Shown here one piece after another: positions 51,444-62,249 of a DNA stretch of 64,000 nt. Where the stretch lies: contig CAYYVV010000002.1 of NCBI GenBank assembly GCA_964475245.1, positions 39,993 through 103,992 on the forward strand, in the 5' to 3' direction. Every line of letters begins with the position of its first letter. The stretch's first letter is position 1. Under the pieces are notes generated by a model. That model searched no databases. It saw only the letters and a list, made by a program, of their open reading frames with translations, and was not told the origin of the DNA. The position numbers and the translations under genes were made by a program. This DNA is from an uncultured Anaerolineaceae bacterium (lineage in GTDB: Bacteria; Chloroflexota; Limnocylindria; Limnocylindrales; CSP1-4).

Positions 51444-51451
51444 GCGATCGC

Positions 51452-52912
51452 GTGCGAGAATGGCCGGCCGTGGCTCACCGCGCGCTCCCGGCCGGTTCCC
51501 CATCCTTCGATTCGGAGTCGCTCGCAGCGGCCGTCGGGGGTGCCTTGGTGCGCCCTGCAGCCCGTCCGATCCGCGGCGGCGCCGTCGATTCGCGACTCGT
51601 CGAGCCCGGCAACGCGTTCTTCGCCCTGCCTGGCGAGCGCACCGATGGCCACCATTTCGTGCTCGACGCTGCGCGCCGCGGCGCGGCCGCGGTTGTCGTC
51701 AGCAAGCGCCCGGACAGCGCGGAGATGGACGATCTCAAGAGTGCGGGCGACGTGGCCGTCGTGCTCGTCGGCGACGGCCTCCTGGCCCTGCGTCGCGCTG
51801 CCGCCGCGTGGCGCAGCCGGTTCACGCCACTCGTCGTCGGCATCACCGGCTCGCTGGCCAAGACTTCCACGAAGGAGCAGACCGCCGAGCTGCTCGCCGC
51901 GCGCTGGCGGGTGCTGCGCAACAGGGCCAACGAGAACAACGAGATCGGGCTGCCACTGACCGTGCTGCGCCTGATGCCGGAGGATGAGGTGGCCGTGCTC
52001 GAGATGGGCATGTACCAGCCGGGCGACATCGCCATCCTGAGCGAAGTGGCACGGCCACAGATCGGCATCGTCACCGCGGTACGCGGCACGCACCTCGCGC
52101 GCGCAGGTTCGATCGAGGCCATCGAGCGCGGCAAGCGCGAGCTGGTCGAGACACTGCCGGCCGGCGGGACGGCAATCCTCAACGCGGACGATGTCCGCGT
52201 GTCGCGCATGGCCGACACCGCGCCACCCGGCGTGGAAGTGCTTACCTACGGCTTCGACAGCGGTGCCGACGTCCGTGGCGCGGACGTCGAATCGCTCGGC
52301 GACAGGGGCATGCGCTTCCGCCTCGTCACTCACCGCGGCTCGCGCGACGTCGCCATCCCCGCCCTGGGTCGCCACTCGGCCCACAACGCGCTCGGCGCCG
52401 GCGCGGCGGCACTGGCCGCGGGCATGACGCTCGACGAGGTCGCGGCGGCGCTGGTGCGGCCGTTCAGCGCACCGCACCGCAGCACGCTCATCGAGGCCGG
52501 CGAATGGCGCATCCTCGACGACACGTACAACGCCGCGCCGGACTCGATGGCCGCCGCGCTCGACCTGCTCAGCGGCCTGTCCGGCCGTCACGTGGCGGTG
52601 CTGGGTGAGATGCTCGAGCTGGGCGCGGAGAGCGACGCGGCTCACCGACGCGTTGGGACCCGCGCGGCGCGTACCGCGGACGTGCTCGTCGCGGTCGGCC
52701 GGCCGGGACAGATCTACGCCGATGCGGCTGAGGCTGCGGGCATGGATGCTCGCGCGGTTCACATCGTCGGCGACCGGGACGAGGCCCTGGCCGCGCTCCA
52801 GAGAATCCTAGAACCGGGTGATGTGGTTCTCTTCAAGGCCTCGAACGGCGAGCGCTTCTTCGATCTCGTCGACGACCTTCGCGCGCTCGCCAGCGGACAG
52901 CCCGTCGCATGA
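51452..52912 (+). CDS. murF: UDP-N-acetylmuramoyl-tripeptide--D-alanyl-D-alanine ligase
   Basis: VGITGSLAKTSTKE, NNEIGLPLTVL and DDTYNAAPDSM are MurF-type rather than MurE-type motifs. Confidence 0.88.
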   Translation: MREWPAVAHRALPAGSPSFDSESLAAAVGGALVRPAARPIRGGAVDSRLVEPGNAFFALPGERTDGHHFVLDAARRGAAAVVVSKRPDSAEMDDLKSAGDVAVVLVGDGLLALRRAAAAWRSRFTPLVVGITGSLAKTSTKEQTAELLAARWRVLRNRANENNEIGLPLTVLRLMPEDEVAVLEMGMYQPGDIAILSEVARPQIGIVTAVRGTHLARAGSIEAIERGKRELVETLPAGGTAILNADDVRVSRMADTAPPGVEVLTYGFDSGADVRGADVESLGDRGMRFRLVTHRGSRDVAIPALGRHSAHNALGAGAAALAAGMTLDEVAAALVRPFSAPHRSTLIEAGEWRILDDTYNAAPDSMAAALDLLSGLSGRHVAVLGEMLELGAESDAAHRRVGTRAARTADVLVAVGRPGQIYADAAEAAGMDARAVHIVGDRDEALAALQRILEPGDVVLFKASNGERFFDLVDDLRALASGQPVA

Positions 52913-53904
52913 CCAACGCCGCCGCAATCGTGCAGGGCATCCTGCTCACCTTTGCCCTGGTCGTGATCCTCATGACGCCATTCATCGCGCTCTTGCGCCG
53001 GCTCGGCTTCGGCAAGCGCATCCGCGTCGAGGGGCCCCAGACGCATTACATCAAGGAAGGCACGCCGACGATGGGCGGGGTGCTGATGATCGCCGTGGTC
53101 TCGATCTCGGCCGTCGTGTTCCATTTTGTCGGCGGCCGCAACGACTTCCTGGGGCCGCAGACGATCGCGCCGATCCTGACGCTGCTGTTCATCGGCGGCC
53201 TGGGCGCCTTTGACGACTACCTCAACGCGACGACCGGCGAGGGCATCCGCATCCGCCAGAAGCTGCTGTGGCAGGTCGCGGCCAGCCTGTTCATCGCCTA
53301 CCAGGTTCAGACGACGTACAACATCCGGACGCTGACCGTGCCGTTCCTGGGCGATGTCGGCATCGAGCCTTGGGCCTGGATCCTGTTCGCGGCATTCACG
53401 ATCGTGGCCACGACCAACGGCGTGAACTTCACCGACGGGCTCGACGGCCTTGCCGGCGGCACGCTGATCTTCTCGTTCGTCGCCTACATGATCATCGCGC
53501 TGCTCAGCGGGCAGACCAACCTGGCGATCCTGTGCGCGCTGATCATCGGTGCCCTGCTCGGCTTCCTGTGGTTCAACGTGCATCCGGCGCAGGTGTTCAT
53601 GGGTGACGCCGGCGCGTTGGCCATGGGCGCGACATTAGCCGTGGTGTCGCTCATAACCGGGCAGATCCTGCTGCTGCCGCTCATCGGCATCATCTTCGTC
53701 GTCGAGGTCGTGTCTGACGTCATCCAGATCGGCTACTACAAGATGACCCACAAGCGCGTGTTCAAGATGGCGCCGCTGCACAACCATTTCGAGCTCTCGG
53801 GCTGGGACGAAGAGAAGATCACCATGCGCTTCTGGATCGTCGGCGTGCTGGCCGCGATGCTCGGCGTGACGTTCTACTTCTCGACCCTGGTGGCGACTTC
53901 GTGA
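52909..53904 (+). CDS. mraY: phospho-N-acetylmuramoyl-pentapeptide transferase
   Basis: [25 protein letters not shown] and [12 protein letters not shown] overlap with murF. Confidence 0.97.
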   Translation: MTNAAAIVQGILLTFALVVILMTPFIALLRRLGFGKRIRVEGPQTHYIKEGTPTMGGVLMIAVVSISAVVFHFVGGRNDFLGPQTIAPILTLLFIGGLGAFDDYLNATTGEGIRIRQKLLWQVAASLFIAYQVQTTYNIRTLTVPFLGDVGIEPWAWILFAAFTIVATTNGVNFTDGLDGLAGGTLIFSFVAYMIIALLSGQTNLAILCALIIGALLGFLWFNVHPAQVFMGDAGALAMGATLAVVSLITGQILLLPLIGIIFVVEVVSDVIQIGYYKMTHKRVFKMAPLHNHFELSGWDEEKITMRFWIVGVLAAMLGVTFYFSTLVATS

Positions 53905-55394
53905 GCGCGCTGGGCGCCGCGGTGGCGCCGATCGATCTGGAGCAGCTGACGCTCAACTCGTTCAACGGCCGGCCAGTGGCCGTGCTCGGCCTCGCGCGCA
54001 GCGGCATCGCCCTGGCTCGCTTCCTGGCCCGCGTCGGCGCGCAGGTCACCGTCTACGACGGGCGGGGCCGCGATCAGCTTGGCCGCGAGCTGGCGCAGAT
54101 CGAGGGCACGGGCGCCCGACTGATGCTCGGGCCCGAGGTCGATCCCGGTTCAGCGCTCGTCGGCCAGGCACTGATCTGCACCTCGCCATCGGTCAGCAGC
54201 CGCTACCCGACGACCGAGCCGCGCCTGCGCGCCGCTCTTGCGGCCATCGAGCAAGCCGGCGTGGTGCCCGTCGTCAGCGAGATCGACCTCTTCCTGCGCC
54301 TGTGCCCGGCGACGACCGTCGGCGTGACGGGCACGAAGGGCAAGACGACCACGTCCGCGCTGACTGCCGCGATTCTTGCCGCCGGCCCCGCGCCGGCCGT
54401 GCTGGGCGGCAACATCGGCATCCCGCTCGTCGAGCGGCTGCCCGAGCTGACCGCCGCCCATCGCGTTGTCGTCGAGCTGTCGGAGCTGCAGCTGCCGACG
54501 CTGTCGCGCGGCACGGACGTGGCTGTCTACACGCACGTCACGAGCGACCATCTCGACCGCCACGGCAGCGTCGAGGCATACCGGGAGGTAAAGCGCCGTC
54601 TCGCTGAGCTGCTGCCCGCCGACGGACGGCTGGTGCTCAACGCCGAGGACCAGGTGACGGCCGAGTTCGCGCGGGCAACCGACGCGCAGGTCGTGCGCTA
54701 TCAGCGCGCGCAGCCGATCGATGGCGGCGTGGGTGTCGTCGACGACTGGATAGTCGCGCGTGATGTCGAACGGCTCGACGGCGGGACGGCGATGACCGGT
54801 CCCGGCGGACGGATCATGCCCACCGGCGAGATCCAGCTGCCGGGCTGGCACAACGTCAGCAACGTCCTGGCGGCGGTCTCGGTCGGGCTGCTTTTCGGGC
54901 TCTCGCCCGACGCCATTCGCGAGGCAACGGCGGAGTTCACGGGCGTTGAGCACCGCCTCGAGCGTGTCGCGCTCATCGACGGCGTGCTCTTCGTCAACGA
55001 CTCGCAGGGCACCCAGCCCGACGCGGTCATTGCCGCGCTGCGCAGCTTCGACCCGCCGATCGTGCTCATCGCTGGCGGGCGCACGAAGAACGTGCCGATC
55101 GACGCGCTCAGCGCTGAGGTCGCGCGGCGCGCGGCGGCGGTCGTCGTCCTGGGTGAGACCGCGGCCGAGTTCGCCGCCGCCTTCTCCGCCGCCGGTGCGC
55201 AGCGCATCGAGCGCGCGGCCACGCTCGACGAGGCCGTCAGAACGGCCGATGCCATCGCGCACGAGCTGGGCGGCGGCACCGTCCTGCTCAGCCCGGCCGC
55301 GACCAGCTTCGACATGTTCGTCGACTACGCCGCGCGCGGCGCCGCGTTCAAGGGGATCGTCGGCCGGCTCGCGGCGGAAAAGGGTAGGCGCTGA
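53901..55394 (+). CDS. murD: UDP-N-acetylmuramoylalanine--D-glutamate ligase
   Basis: N-terminal Rossmann region VAVLGLARSGIALARFL, then VGVTGTKGKTTTSAL. GTGA overlap with mraY. Confidence 0.92.
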   Translation: MSALGAAVAPIDLEQLTLNSFNGRPVAVLGLARSGIALARFLARVGAQVTVYDGRGRDQLGRELAQIEGTGARLMLGPEVDPGSALVGQALICTSPSVSSRYPTTEPRLRAALAAIEQAGVVPVVSEIDLFLRLCPATTVGVTGTKGKTTTSALTAAILAAGPAPAVLGGNIGIPLVERLPELTAAHRVVVELSELQLPTLSRGTDVAVYTHVTSDHLDRHGSVEAYREVKRRLAELLPADGRLVLNAEDQVTAEFARATDAQVVRYQRAQPIDGGVGVVDDWIVARDVERLDGGTAMTGPGGRIMPTGEIQLPGWHNVSNVLAAVSVGLLFGLSPDAIREATAEFTGVEHRLERVALIDGVLFVNDSQGTQPDAVIAALRSFDPPIVLIAGGRTKNVPIDALSAEVARRAAAVVVLGETAAEFAAAFSAAGAQRIERAATLDEAVRTADAIAHELGGGTVLLSPAATSFDMFVDYAARGAAFKGIVGRLAAEKGRR

Positions 55395-56713
55395 TGGCGC
55401 GACTGGGCAGGAAGGTCGCCACAAGCCGGCTGCGCGACGGTGCGACGCCGCTGTCCGCGCAGCGCGGCCCGGGCGCGGCGCCAGTCCTGCGCGGGCCGCA
55501 GCGCGAGCGCCACGACCCGGATTGGGTGCTCCTGTTCACAGTCGTTGCCCTGGCCGCGCTGGGCATCCTGATGGTCTACTCGAGCACCGGTGTCTCGTCG
55601 CTCATCGATGACCAGCCGTTCGCGGTCGTCGGTCCGCAGGCCTTCTGGGGCGCGCTCGGTGTCGTGCTGATGCTCCTGATCATGCGTACGGACTACCGGT
55701 ATCTGCGCGTCATCTCCGTGCCGCTCTTCATTCTTGCGCTGGTCCTGCTCGCGGTCGTGCTGACCAACGGCATCGGACCGATCCGGCCGATCACGGCCGG
55801 TGGATCGCAGCGCTGGCTCCAGATCGGCCCGCTTCCACAGATGCACCCGGCCGAGTTCGCCAAGCTCGCGATGGTCATCTACCTGGCCCACTGGCTGGCG
55901 CGCCGCGGCGGCCGGGTTGCCTCGTTCCGTGATGGGATCGTGCCGTTCATGGTCATCCTCGGCCTCATCGTTGCCCTCGTCCTGCCTGAGCCGGACCTGG
56001 GCACGACCGGCGTGCTGGCGCTCACCGGCCTGGCCATGTTCTTCGTCGCCGGCGGCCGGCTGAGCCATTTCGCGCTGCTCGTGCCGGCTGGCATCGCCGG
56101 CGTCGCCGTGGCCGTCAGCCTGAGCAAGTACCAGATGGACCGGGTCACGGCTTTCCTCGACCCATGGGCGAACGCCCAGGGCGTCGGCCACCAGACGATC
56201 ATGGGCCTGCTTGCGCTGGGCGCGGGCGGCACGACCGGCATCGGCCTGGGACAGGGCCGCCAGCCGGGGGCGCTGTCACTGCCCCAGTCGCAGAACGACT
56301 TCGTCTTCGCGCTGGTTGGGCAGGAGCTCGGCTTCATCGGCGCCATGGTCGTGATCGGGCTCTACCTGCTCCTCGCCTACCGCGGGCTGCGCATCGCGCT
56401 CGGCGCGCCGGACACCTTCGGCGCGCTGCTGGCGACAGGCATCACGGCCTGGCTGGTGTTCCAGGCGTTCATCAACATCGCCGTCGTCGTCGTCCTGCTG
56501 CCCGTCACCGGCATCACCCTGCCGTTCGTGTCGGCGGGAGGCTCGTCGCTCGCCGTCAGCTTCGCGGCGATCGGTATCCTCCTTTCGATCTCGCGCGAGA
56601 CCATTTCCCGAGGAGCGTGGAACGATGCGGATTCTCATCGCGGCCGGTGGCACCGGCGGCCACGTCTACCCGGCGTTGGCCGTCGCGAGGTCCCTGCGCG
56701 AGCGAGTGCCTGA
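55394..56713 (+). CDS. ftsW: FtsW/RodA/SpoVE (SEDS) family peptidoglycan polymerase
   Basis: Ten TM helices. QRWLQIGPLPQMHPAEFAKL, QSQNDFVFALVGQELGFIG and GITLPFVSAGGSS. The ORF's 3' end overlaps the murG start by 89 nt. Confidence 0.92.
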   Translation: MARLGRKVATSRLRDGATPLSAQRGPGAAPVLRGPQRERHDPDWVLLFTVVALAALGILMVYSSTGVSSLIDDQPFAVVGPQAFWGALGVVLMLLIMRTDYRYLRVISVPLFILALVLLAVVLTNGIGPIRPITAGGSQRWLQIGPLPQMHPAEFAKLAMVIYLAHWLARRGGRVASFRDGIVPFMVILGLIVALVLPEPDLGTTGVLALTGLAMFFVAGGRLSHFALLVPAGIAGVAVAVSLSKYQMDRVTAFLDPWANAQGVGHQTIMGLLALGAGGTTGIGLGQGRQPGALSLPQSQNDFVFALVGQELGFIGAMVVIGLYLLLAYRGLRIALGAPDTFGALLATGITAWLVFQAFINIAVVVVLLPVTGITLPFVSAGGSSLAVSFAAIGILLSISRETISRGAWNDADSHRGRWHRRPRLPGVGRREVPARASA

Positions 56714-57767
56714 CGTCGAGTTCCGCTGGCTCGGTGGCCATCGTGGGCTCGAATCGAACATCGTTCCGGCCGAGGGCTTCCAGCTCGACCTGCTCCCGGC
56801 GCGCTCGCTGCGCACGGTCGACATGAACCAGCACGTCGTGCTCGATCCGCTCCGACTCGGAGCCTCGTACCCTGCCGCGCTGGCGACGCTCGCACGCTGG
56901 CGACCGAACGCCGTCTTCACGACCGGCGGCTACATCGCGATTCCTGTCGTCAGCGCGGCCGCGACGCTGCGCATTCCGAGCGTGATGTGGGAGGGCAACC
57001 TCGTCGCCGGTCGGAGCGTGCGTGCCACGGCGCGCCTGGCGACCGTGCTTGCGGTCAGCTTCGCCGAGACCGCCAAGCGGCTGCCCGGGCAGTGCTACGT
57101 GACCGGCACGCCGATCCGCTCGTTCGCGGGCCACGACCGCGCCGCTGCGCGCGTCGCGCTCAAGCTCGAGCCGGACACGCCGGTGCTCTTCGTCTTCGGT
57201 GGCTCGCAGGCCGTCCGGCGCCTGAACACGGCCGTCGCCGAGGCACTGCCCACACTGGTCGAGACGATCTCCGTCATCCACATGACCGGCGAAGCTGGCT
57301 ACGGCGAGGCCCTCAAGCGGCGCAGCGCGCTGCCGGCCGACAAGCGCGCCAGGTACCGCCCGTTTCCGTTCCTGCGCGCCGAGATGACCGATGCGCTGGT
57401 CGCCTCGGACCTGCTCGTCGGCCGCGCCGGGTCGTCGACGCTCGCCGAGGCCAGCGCGCTCGGGCTGCCGATGGTCGTCGTCCCGTACCCGCATGCCAGT
57501 GCGCACCAGGTTGCCAATGCGCGCGCGCTGGCCGAGGCGGGAGCGGCGCGCATCGTCGCCGACGCGGACTTCGACGCCGAATCGCTGCGCGACGCAGCGC
57601 GGCTGCTCAACGACGAGCAGGCGCTGGCGACGATGCGCGCCGCGGCACGCGGCTTCGGCCGCCCGGGAGCCGCGGCCGCGGTCGCAGAGCTCGTCATTGC
57701 CCTCGCCGAGAAGGCCAAGCTGCCGGCGCAGGCCGCGATCGACCGCCTCTCGCGGGCGGCCGCGTGA
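56625..57767 (+). CDS. murG: UDP-N-acetylglucosamine--N-acetylmuramyl-(pentapeptide) pyrophosphoryl-undecaprenol GlcNAc transferase
   Basis: MRILIAAGGTGGHVYPALAVA, VFGGSQAVRRLN and GRAGSSTLAEASALGLP. Confidence 0.95.
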   Translation: MRILIAAGGTGGHVYPALAVARSLRERVPDVEFRWLGGHRGLESNIVPAEGFQLDLLPARSLRTVDMNQHVVLDPLRLGASYPAALATLARWRPNAVFTTGGYIAIPVVSAAATLRIPSVMWEGNLVAGRSVRATARLATVLAVSFAETAKRLPGQCYVTGTPIRSFAGHDRAAARVALKLEPDTPVLFVFGGSQAVRRLNTAVAEALPTLVETISVIHMTGEAGYGEALKRRSALPADKRARYRPFPFLRAEMTDALVASDLLVGRAGSSTLAEASALGLPMVVVPYPHASAHQVANARALAEAGAARIVADADFDAESLRDAARLLNDEQALATMRAAARGFGRPGAAAAVAELVIALAEKAKLPAQAAIDRLSRAAA

Positions 57768-58771
57768 CGGCCGCCACACCCGCCGCGGCCGTGCTGAGCG
57801 AGGAGGACCTTACCCGTCTCGGCACGGACATCCAGCGCCGTATCGGCGTCAAGACCTCGCGTCACGAGCCACTCGCGCGCTTCACGACGATGCGCGTCGG
57901 CGGCCCGGCCGACCTCTTCGCCGAGGTCCACAACCTGTTCGAGCTGCGCGCCATCGTCCGCTTCGCGCGCTCGCGCGAGCTGCCCCATTACATCCTCGGC
58001 CGCGGCTCGGACCTCGTCATCAGCGACAAGGGCATGCGCGGCCTGGTCATCTACAACCGTGCTCAACAGCACCGCTTCGAGGGCAACATCCTGACCTGCG
58101 ACTCGGGCCTGCCAATGGCCCGCGCGGCAACGCTGTGCCGCGCCGAGGGCCTGACAGGATTGGAGTTCGGCCTCGCCATCCCGGGCACGATCGGTGGTGC
58201 GGTGTGGGCCAACGCCGGTGCGCACGAGTCGGACATCCGGGCCGTGCTGCAGCAGGCGAGCGTCATGCGCGCCGACGGCAGCGAAGAGTCGCTCGACGCC
58301 GACGGCCTGGAGCTGACCTACCGCGAGAGCGCGCTCAAGCACGCGCTGCCAGGGAGGCCAGAGGTGGTCACCTGGGCCTCGTTCGACCTGGGCCGCGCAG
58401 ATCCGGACGTCATCGGCGAGCGGCTCGACGAGATCCGCCGCTGGCGGCAGCAGCACCAGCCGCTCGGCCTGCCCTCGGCCGGCAGCTGCTTCCGCAACCC
58501 GCCTGGCCATTCGGCCGGTGCCCTGATCGACGGCCTGGGCATGAAGGGCCTGCGCGTCGGCGGCGCGACCGTCAGCGAGAAGCACGCCAACTTCATCGTC
58601 AACGACCGCAACGGGACGGCGAGCGACGTGCGCCGCCTGGGTGAGATGGTTCGCGAGCGCGTGCGCAGCGAAAAGGGCATCGAGCTCGTCTTCGAGATCG
58701 TGTTCGCCGGCGACTGGTCCGGCTGGGGCGAGGCCGCGGACACGGACACGGAGGCCCAGAGCCCAAGTTGA
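57764..58771 (+). CDS. murB: UDP-N-acetylenolpyruvoylglucosamine reductase
   Basis: PLARFTTMRVGGPADLF, ILGRGSDLVISD and GSCFRNPPGHSAGALID. GTGA overlap with murG. The track ORF was trimmed from 56987. Confidence 0.93.
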   Translation: MTAATPAAAVLSEEDLTRLGTDIQRRIGVKTSRHEPLARFTTMRVGGPADLFAEVHNLFELRAIVRFARSRELPHYILGRGSDLVISDKGMRGLVIYNRAQQHRFEGNILTCDSGLPMARAATLCRAEGLTGLEFGLAIPGTIGGAVWANAGAHESDIRAVLQQASVMRADGSEESLDADGLELTYRESALKHALPGRPEVVTWASFDLGRADPDVIGERLDEIRRWRQQHQPLGLPSAGSCFRNPPGHSAGALIDGLGMKGLRVGGATVSEKHANFIVNDRNGTASDVRRLGEMVRERVRSEKGIELVFEIVFAGDWSGWGEAADTDTEAQSPS

Positions 58772-59907
58772 AGAACCGCCTGCCGCCAACGTCCATCGCA
58801 GTCCTGCTCGGCGGAACGTCGGCCGAGCACGACGTGTCGCTCGTCTCCGGCCGTGCCATCGGGGCCAGCCTCGCGGAGCGGGGTCACGAGATCAGCGGCT
58901 GGCTGATCGATCTTGACGGCGCCTGGTGGCGCCTGCCTGACGAGGCGATGGACCGATCGCATCCGGCCACGGCCTATGACGACCCTCGGGCGCTGGGCGC
59001 GACCGGGCCGCTGACTGCGGCACACGCAGTTGAGGAGCTGGCCGCGCCGGATCCGCGGCCGATCGTGTGGATTGCCCTGCACGGCCCTTTCGGAGAGGAC
59101 GGCACGGTCCAGGCACTGCTCGAGTCGGAGGGTCTCGTGTACACGGGCGCCGGTGTCGCCGCGTCCGCGGTGGGCATGGACAAGGCGCTCTTCAAGCGTC
59201 TCGCGATCGGCCTGGGCATGCCCGTCGTGCCCTGGATCGAGGTCAGCGCGGCCGAATGGGCGGCCGATCCGCCCGCTACGCAGCGGCGCATCGAGCAGTT
59301 CGCCGCCGGCCTGGGTGACCCGCGCGTGATCGTCAAGCCGACGCGCCTCGGCTCGTCTGTCGGCATTGCCATCGTCCACCACCCCGACGATCCCGAGTAC
59401 GCCGGCGGCGCCATCGTCAAGGCGCTGGCCTACGACGACAACGTTCTCGTCGAGGCCTATCTCGACCATCCGCGCGAGCTCGAGATGAGCGTCGTCGGCA
59501 ACTCTGCTGACGACCTCGAGTCGTTCGGGCCAGGCGAGATATTTCCCGGTCGCGAGTTCTACGACTACGTCGCCAAGTACGCCGACGGCGTCTCGCGCAC
59601 GACCGACTCGCCCGACCTTCCGCCTGCGCTGCGTGAAGGCCTGCACGCCATCGCGCGCCAGGCGTTCCTGGCCATCGGTGGCCAGGGCTTCGCGCGCGTC
59701 GACTTCCTGCTCGACAAGGCGTCGGGTGATGTCTACCTGAACGAGATAAACACCATCCCGGGCTTCACCCCGATCAGCCTCTTCCCGGTCCTGTGCCGCG
59801 CCGGTGGCTACGAGTTCGGCGACATCGCCGAGCACATCGTCGAGCTCGCGCTGGCGCGGGCCGCGGCACGGCCGAGGCGCGTGCTGACCCGCGCCGACCT
59901 GCCCTGA
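58768..59907 (+). CDS. ddl: D-alanine--D-alanine ligase
   Basis: IAVLLGGTSAEHDVSLVSG, ALHGPFGEDGTVQALLE and YLNEINTIPGFT. The TTG start overlaps the murB stop. Confidence 0.95.
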   Translation: MKNRLPPTSIAVLLGGTSAEHDVSLVSGRAIGASLAERGHEISGWLIDLDGAWWRLPDEAMDRSHPATAYDDPRALGATGPLTAAHAVEELAAPDPRPIVWIALHGPFGEDGTVQALLESEGLVYTGAGVAASAVGMDKALFKRLAIGLGMPVVPWIEVSAAEWAADPPATQRRIEQFAAGLGDPRVIVKPTRLGSSVGIAIVHHPDDPEYAGGAIVKALAYDDNVLVEAYLDHPRELEMSVVGNSADDLESFGPGEIFPGREFYDYVAKYADGVSRTTDSPDLPPALREGLHAIARQAFLAIGGQGFARVDFLLDKASGDVYLNEINTIPGFTPISLFPVLCRAGGYEFGDIAEHIVELALARAAARPRRVLTRADLP

Positions 59908-59969
59908 GCGCCCGGCCGCGCTCGTCGGCGCGGGCATACGGCACGAGCTCGGGCAAGCGCGGCAGCGTC

Positions 59970-60785
59970 GTGCGCTACATCACACCGACGCGCATCCTGG
60001 GCGCGCTGCTGATGGTCGCCACGGCCGCAGGCATGCTCTTCATGACGACGAGCAACGCATTCCGAATGGACGCCGGACCAGAAGGCGAGTTCAGCGTCAG
60101 CTATGCGGACGTGGACCAGGTCCTTGCCGCCGCGGGCCTGGTACCGGGCGCGCATCCCAACGTCGTGCTGCTGCGGACGGACCAGATGCGCCTCCAGATG
60201 ATGTCGTTCCCGGCGATCGCTGACGCCAGTGTCCAGGTCGTTCTGCCCGATCGGGTGATCGTCTCGCTCCAGGAGCGCCAGCCAGTCTTCGCGCTCCGCA
60301 GGCCGGATGCCACGTACCTCGTCAGTGAAGATGGACTCGTGCTCGCGGTCGTCGATGCCGCCCGGCCGGCGGAGCTCGGCCTGCCATCGATCGAGGACGA
60401 CCGCACGCAGTTCGCTCCCGACGTCAAGGTCGGTGGCCAGCTCGACGCGATCGACCTTGCGGTGATGCTCGAGCTCGGCGCGCTCACGCCCGCGCTGGTC
60501 GATTCGAGCGCCAGCTCGCTCGCGCTTTCGGTCAGCGACGACAACGGCTTCGTCGTGGACGCTCAGCCCGGAGGATGGCAGGCGATCTTTGGCGAGTACA
60601 CGCCAACGCTCCGGCCACAGGATTTGATCCCGCGCCAGGTGCAGTGCCTGCGCTCGCTCGTCGGCGCGTCAGAAAGCGATCTGCGCACGATCTACCTCGC
60701 GCCGCTCGACGAACGCTGCGGCACGTACCTGCCGGTCGCGACGGCCGTGCCGGTCGTGAGCCCCGCTCCCTCCCGGTCGCGTTAG
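59970..60785 (+). CDS. ftsQ: cell division protein FtsQ (POTRA domain)
   Basis: The TM segment ILGALLMVATAAGMLFM is followed by a POTRA-like region (...VQVVLPDRVIVSLQERQPVFALRR). Its position lies between ddl and ftsA. The start GTG 59970 is uncertain. Confidence 0.8.
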   Translation: MRYITPTRILGALLMVATAAGMLFMTTSNAFRMDAGPEGEFSVSYADVDQVLAAAGLVPGAHPNVVLLRTDQMRLQMMSFPAIADASVQVVLPDRVIVSLQERQPVFALRRPDATYLVSEDGLVLAVVDAARPAELGLPSIEDDRTQFAPDVKVGGQLDAIDLAVMLELGALTPALVDSSASSLALSVSDDNGFVVDAQPGGWQAIFGEYTPTLRPQDLIPRQVQCLRSLVGASESDLRTIYLAPLDERCGTYLPVATAVPVVSPAPSRSR

Positions 60786-60799
60786 GCCAGAATGTAGGC

Positions 60800-62035
60800 G
60801 TGGAACGGGAGGCAGTACTGGTTGCCCTTGACGTGGGCACCAACAAGGTCGTGGCGCTCATCGGCGAGGTATCGCGCGACGGCGCGGTGACGGTCATCGG
60901 CAAGGGCGCGCAGGCGTCGTCGGGGCTCAAGAAGGGCGTCGTCATCAACATCGACCAGACGGTCAACTCGATCAAGCAGGCGCGCGAGGCCGCCGAGCGG
61001 CTGTCGGGCTACCGCATCGAGTCGGCCATCGTCGGGGTCGGCGGCAGCCACGTCGAATCGCAGAACTCGCGTGGCGCGGTCGCGGTCAGTGGCGCGCGGC
61101 GCGAGGTCACGCGCGAGGACATCGAGCGCGCGACTGAGGTCGCCCGGGCGGTCAACATCCCGTCGAACCGGGAAGTGCTGCACGTCTTGCCGCGCGGCTT
61201 CGTCGTCGACGGCCAGGAGGGCGTCAAGGATCCGCTGGGCATGAGCGCGGTCAGGCTCGAGGTCGAGACGCACATCGTCCACGGCTCGGCCACGGCCGTG
61301 CAGAACCTGTCCAAGTGCGTCCAGCGTGCCGACATCCGCATCGACGAGCTCGTCGCGGCGTCACTGGCGTCTGCGGACGCGGTGCTGACCGAGACCGAGA
61401 AGGAGCTCGGCGTTGCGATGGCCGACTTCGGTGCGGGCACGATCGACCTCGCGCTGTTCATGGACGGCTCACCGTTCTTCACCGGCGTTCTGCCGCTGGG
61501 CGGCAACAACGTGACCAACGACGTTGCGATCGGGCTGAAGACTTCGCTGATCGCCGCCGAGGACCTCAAGATCAAGCACGGCACGGCCAATCCGATCGAC
61601 GTCGCCGACGACGAGATGGTCGACGTCCAGGGCATCGGCGAAGGCGACGCCACGACCGCCTCGCGCAAGGAGCTGGCCGAGATCATCGAGGCGCGCATGC
61701 GCGAGGTGTTCGAGAAGATCGGCGACGAGATCGAGCGCGCCGGGTACAAGGGCATGCTGCCCGCGGGCCTGGTGCTGACCGGCGGCGCATCCCAGCTGAC
61801 CGGCGCGGCCCGGCTCGGCAGGGAAGTGCTCCAGATGCCCGTCCGCGTAGCCGGGCCGTCCGGCGTCAGCGGGCTGACCGACCATCTCTTGACGCCGGCC
61901 TATTCGACCTCGCTCGGCCTGCTCATCTGGGGCGCCCAGGCAGTCCACGGCTACGAGCCGCTGCGCTACGAGTCGGCGCCGGCGCCCGGTGTCCTCAACC
62001 GGATGCGCGACTGGGCGCGCGGCCTGCTGCCCTAG
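60800..62035 (+). CDS. ftsA: cell division protein FtsA (actin-like ATPase)
   Basis: VALDVGTNKVVALIGE, DFGAGTIDLALF and LVLTGGASQLTG. The start GTG 60800 was trimmed from the track start at 60575. Confidence 0.93.
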   Translation: MEREAVLVALDVGTNKVVALIGEVSRDGAVTVIGKGAQASSGLKKGVVINIDQTVNSIKQAREAAERLSGYRIESAIVGVGGSHVESQNSRGAVAVSGARREVTREDIERATEVARAVNIPSNREVLHVLPRGFVVDGQEGVKDPLGMSAVRLEVETHIVHGSATAVQNLSKCVQRADIRIDELVAASLASADAVLTETEKELGVAMADFGAGTIDLALFMDGSPFFTGVLPLGGNNVTNDVAIGLKTSLIAAEDLKIKHGTANPIDVADDEMVDVQGIGEGDATTASRKELAEIIEARMREVFEKIGDEIERAGYKGMLPAGLVLTGGASQLTGAARLGREVLQMPVRVAGPSGVSGLTDHLLTPAYSTSLGLLIWGAQAVHGYEPLRYESAPAPGVLNRMRDWARGLLP

Positions 62036-62249
62036 GCGGCGCGCGCTGCCGGTTCGGCACGGCGGTTTCGCCGAACTTCAACCACGGCGGTCTTATCCAC
62101 CCATCGATCCGATTTCTTGCCGATGTTCAGCGTCGCCCTCGTTAGGCAATACGCCTGAGCGTGGGCTGTCGCAGGCTGCCGGCTAAGCGATGCTTAAACG
62201 CGGCGTGGCTGAAATCCGGCAGGCAGTGGGTTTGGCTTAGCCTCGGACC

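Noticed and set aside
62100-62249. Possible TPP riboswitch upstream of yjbQ, a thiamine-related family.
   Set aside because: The CUGAGA ... ACCUGAUCUGGAUAAUGCCAGCG-type core is absent. Only generic complementary segments are seen.
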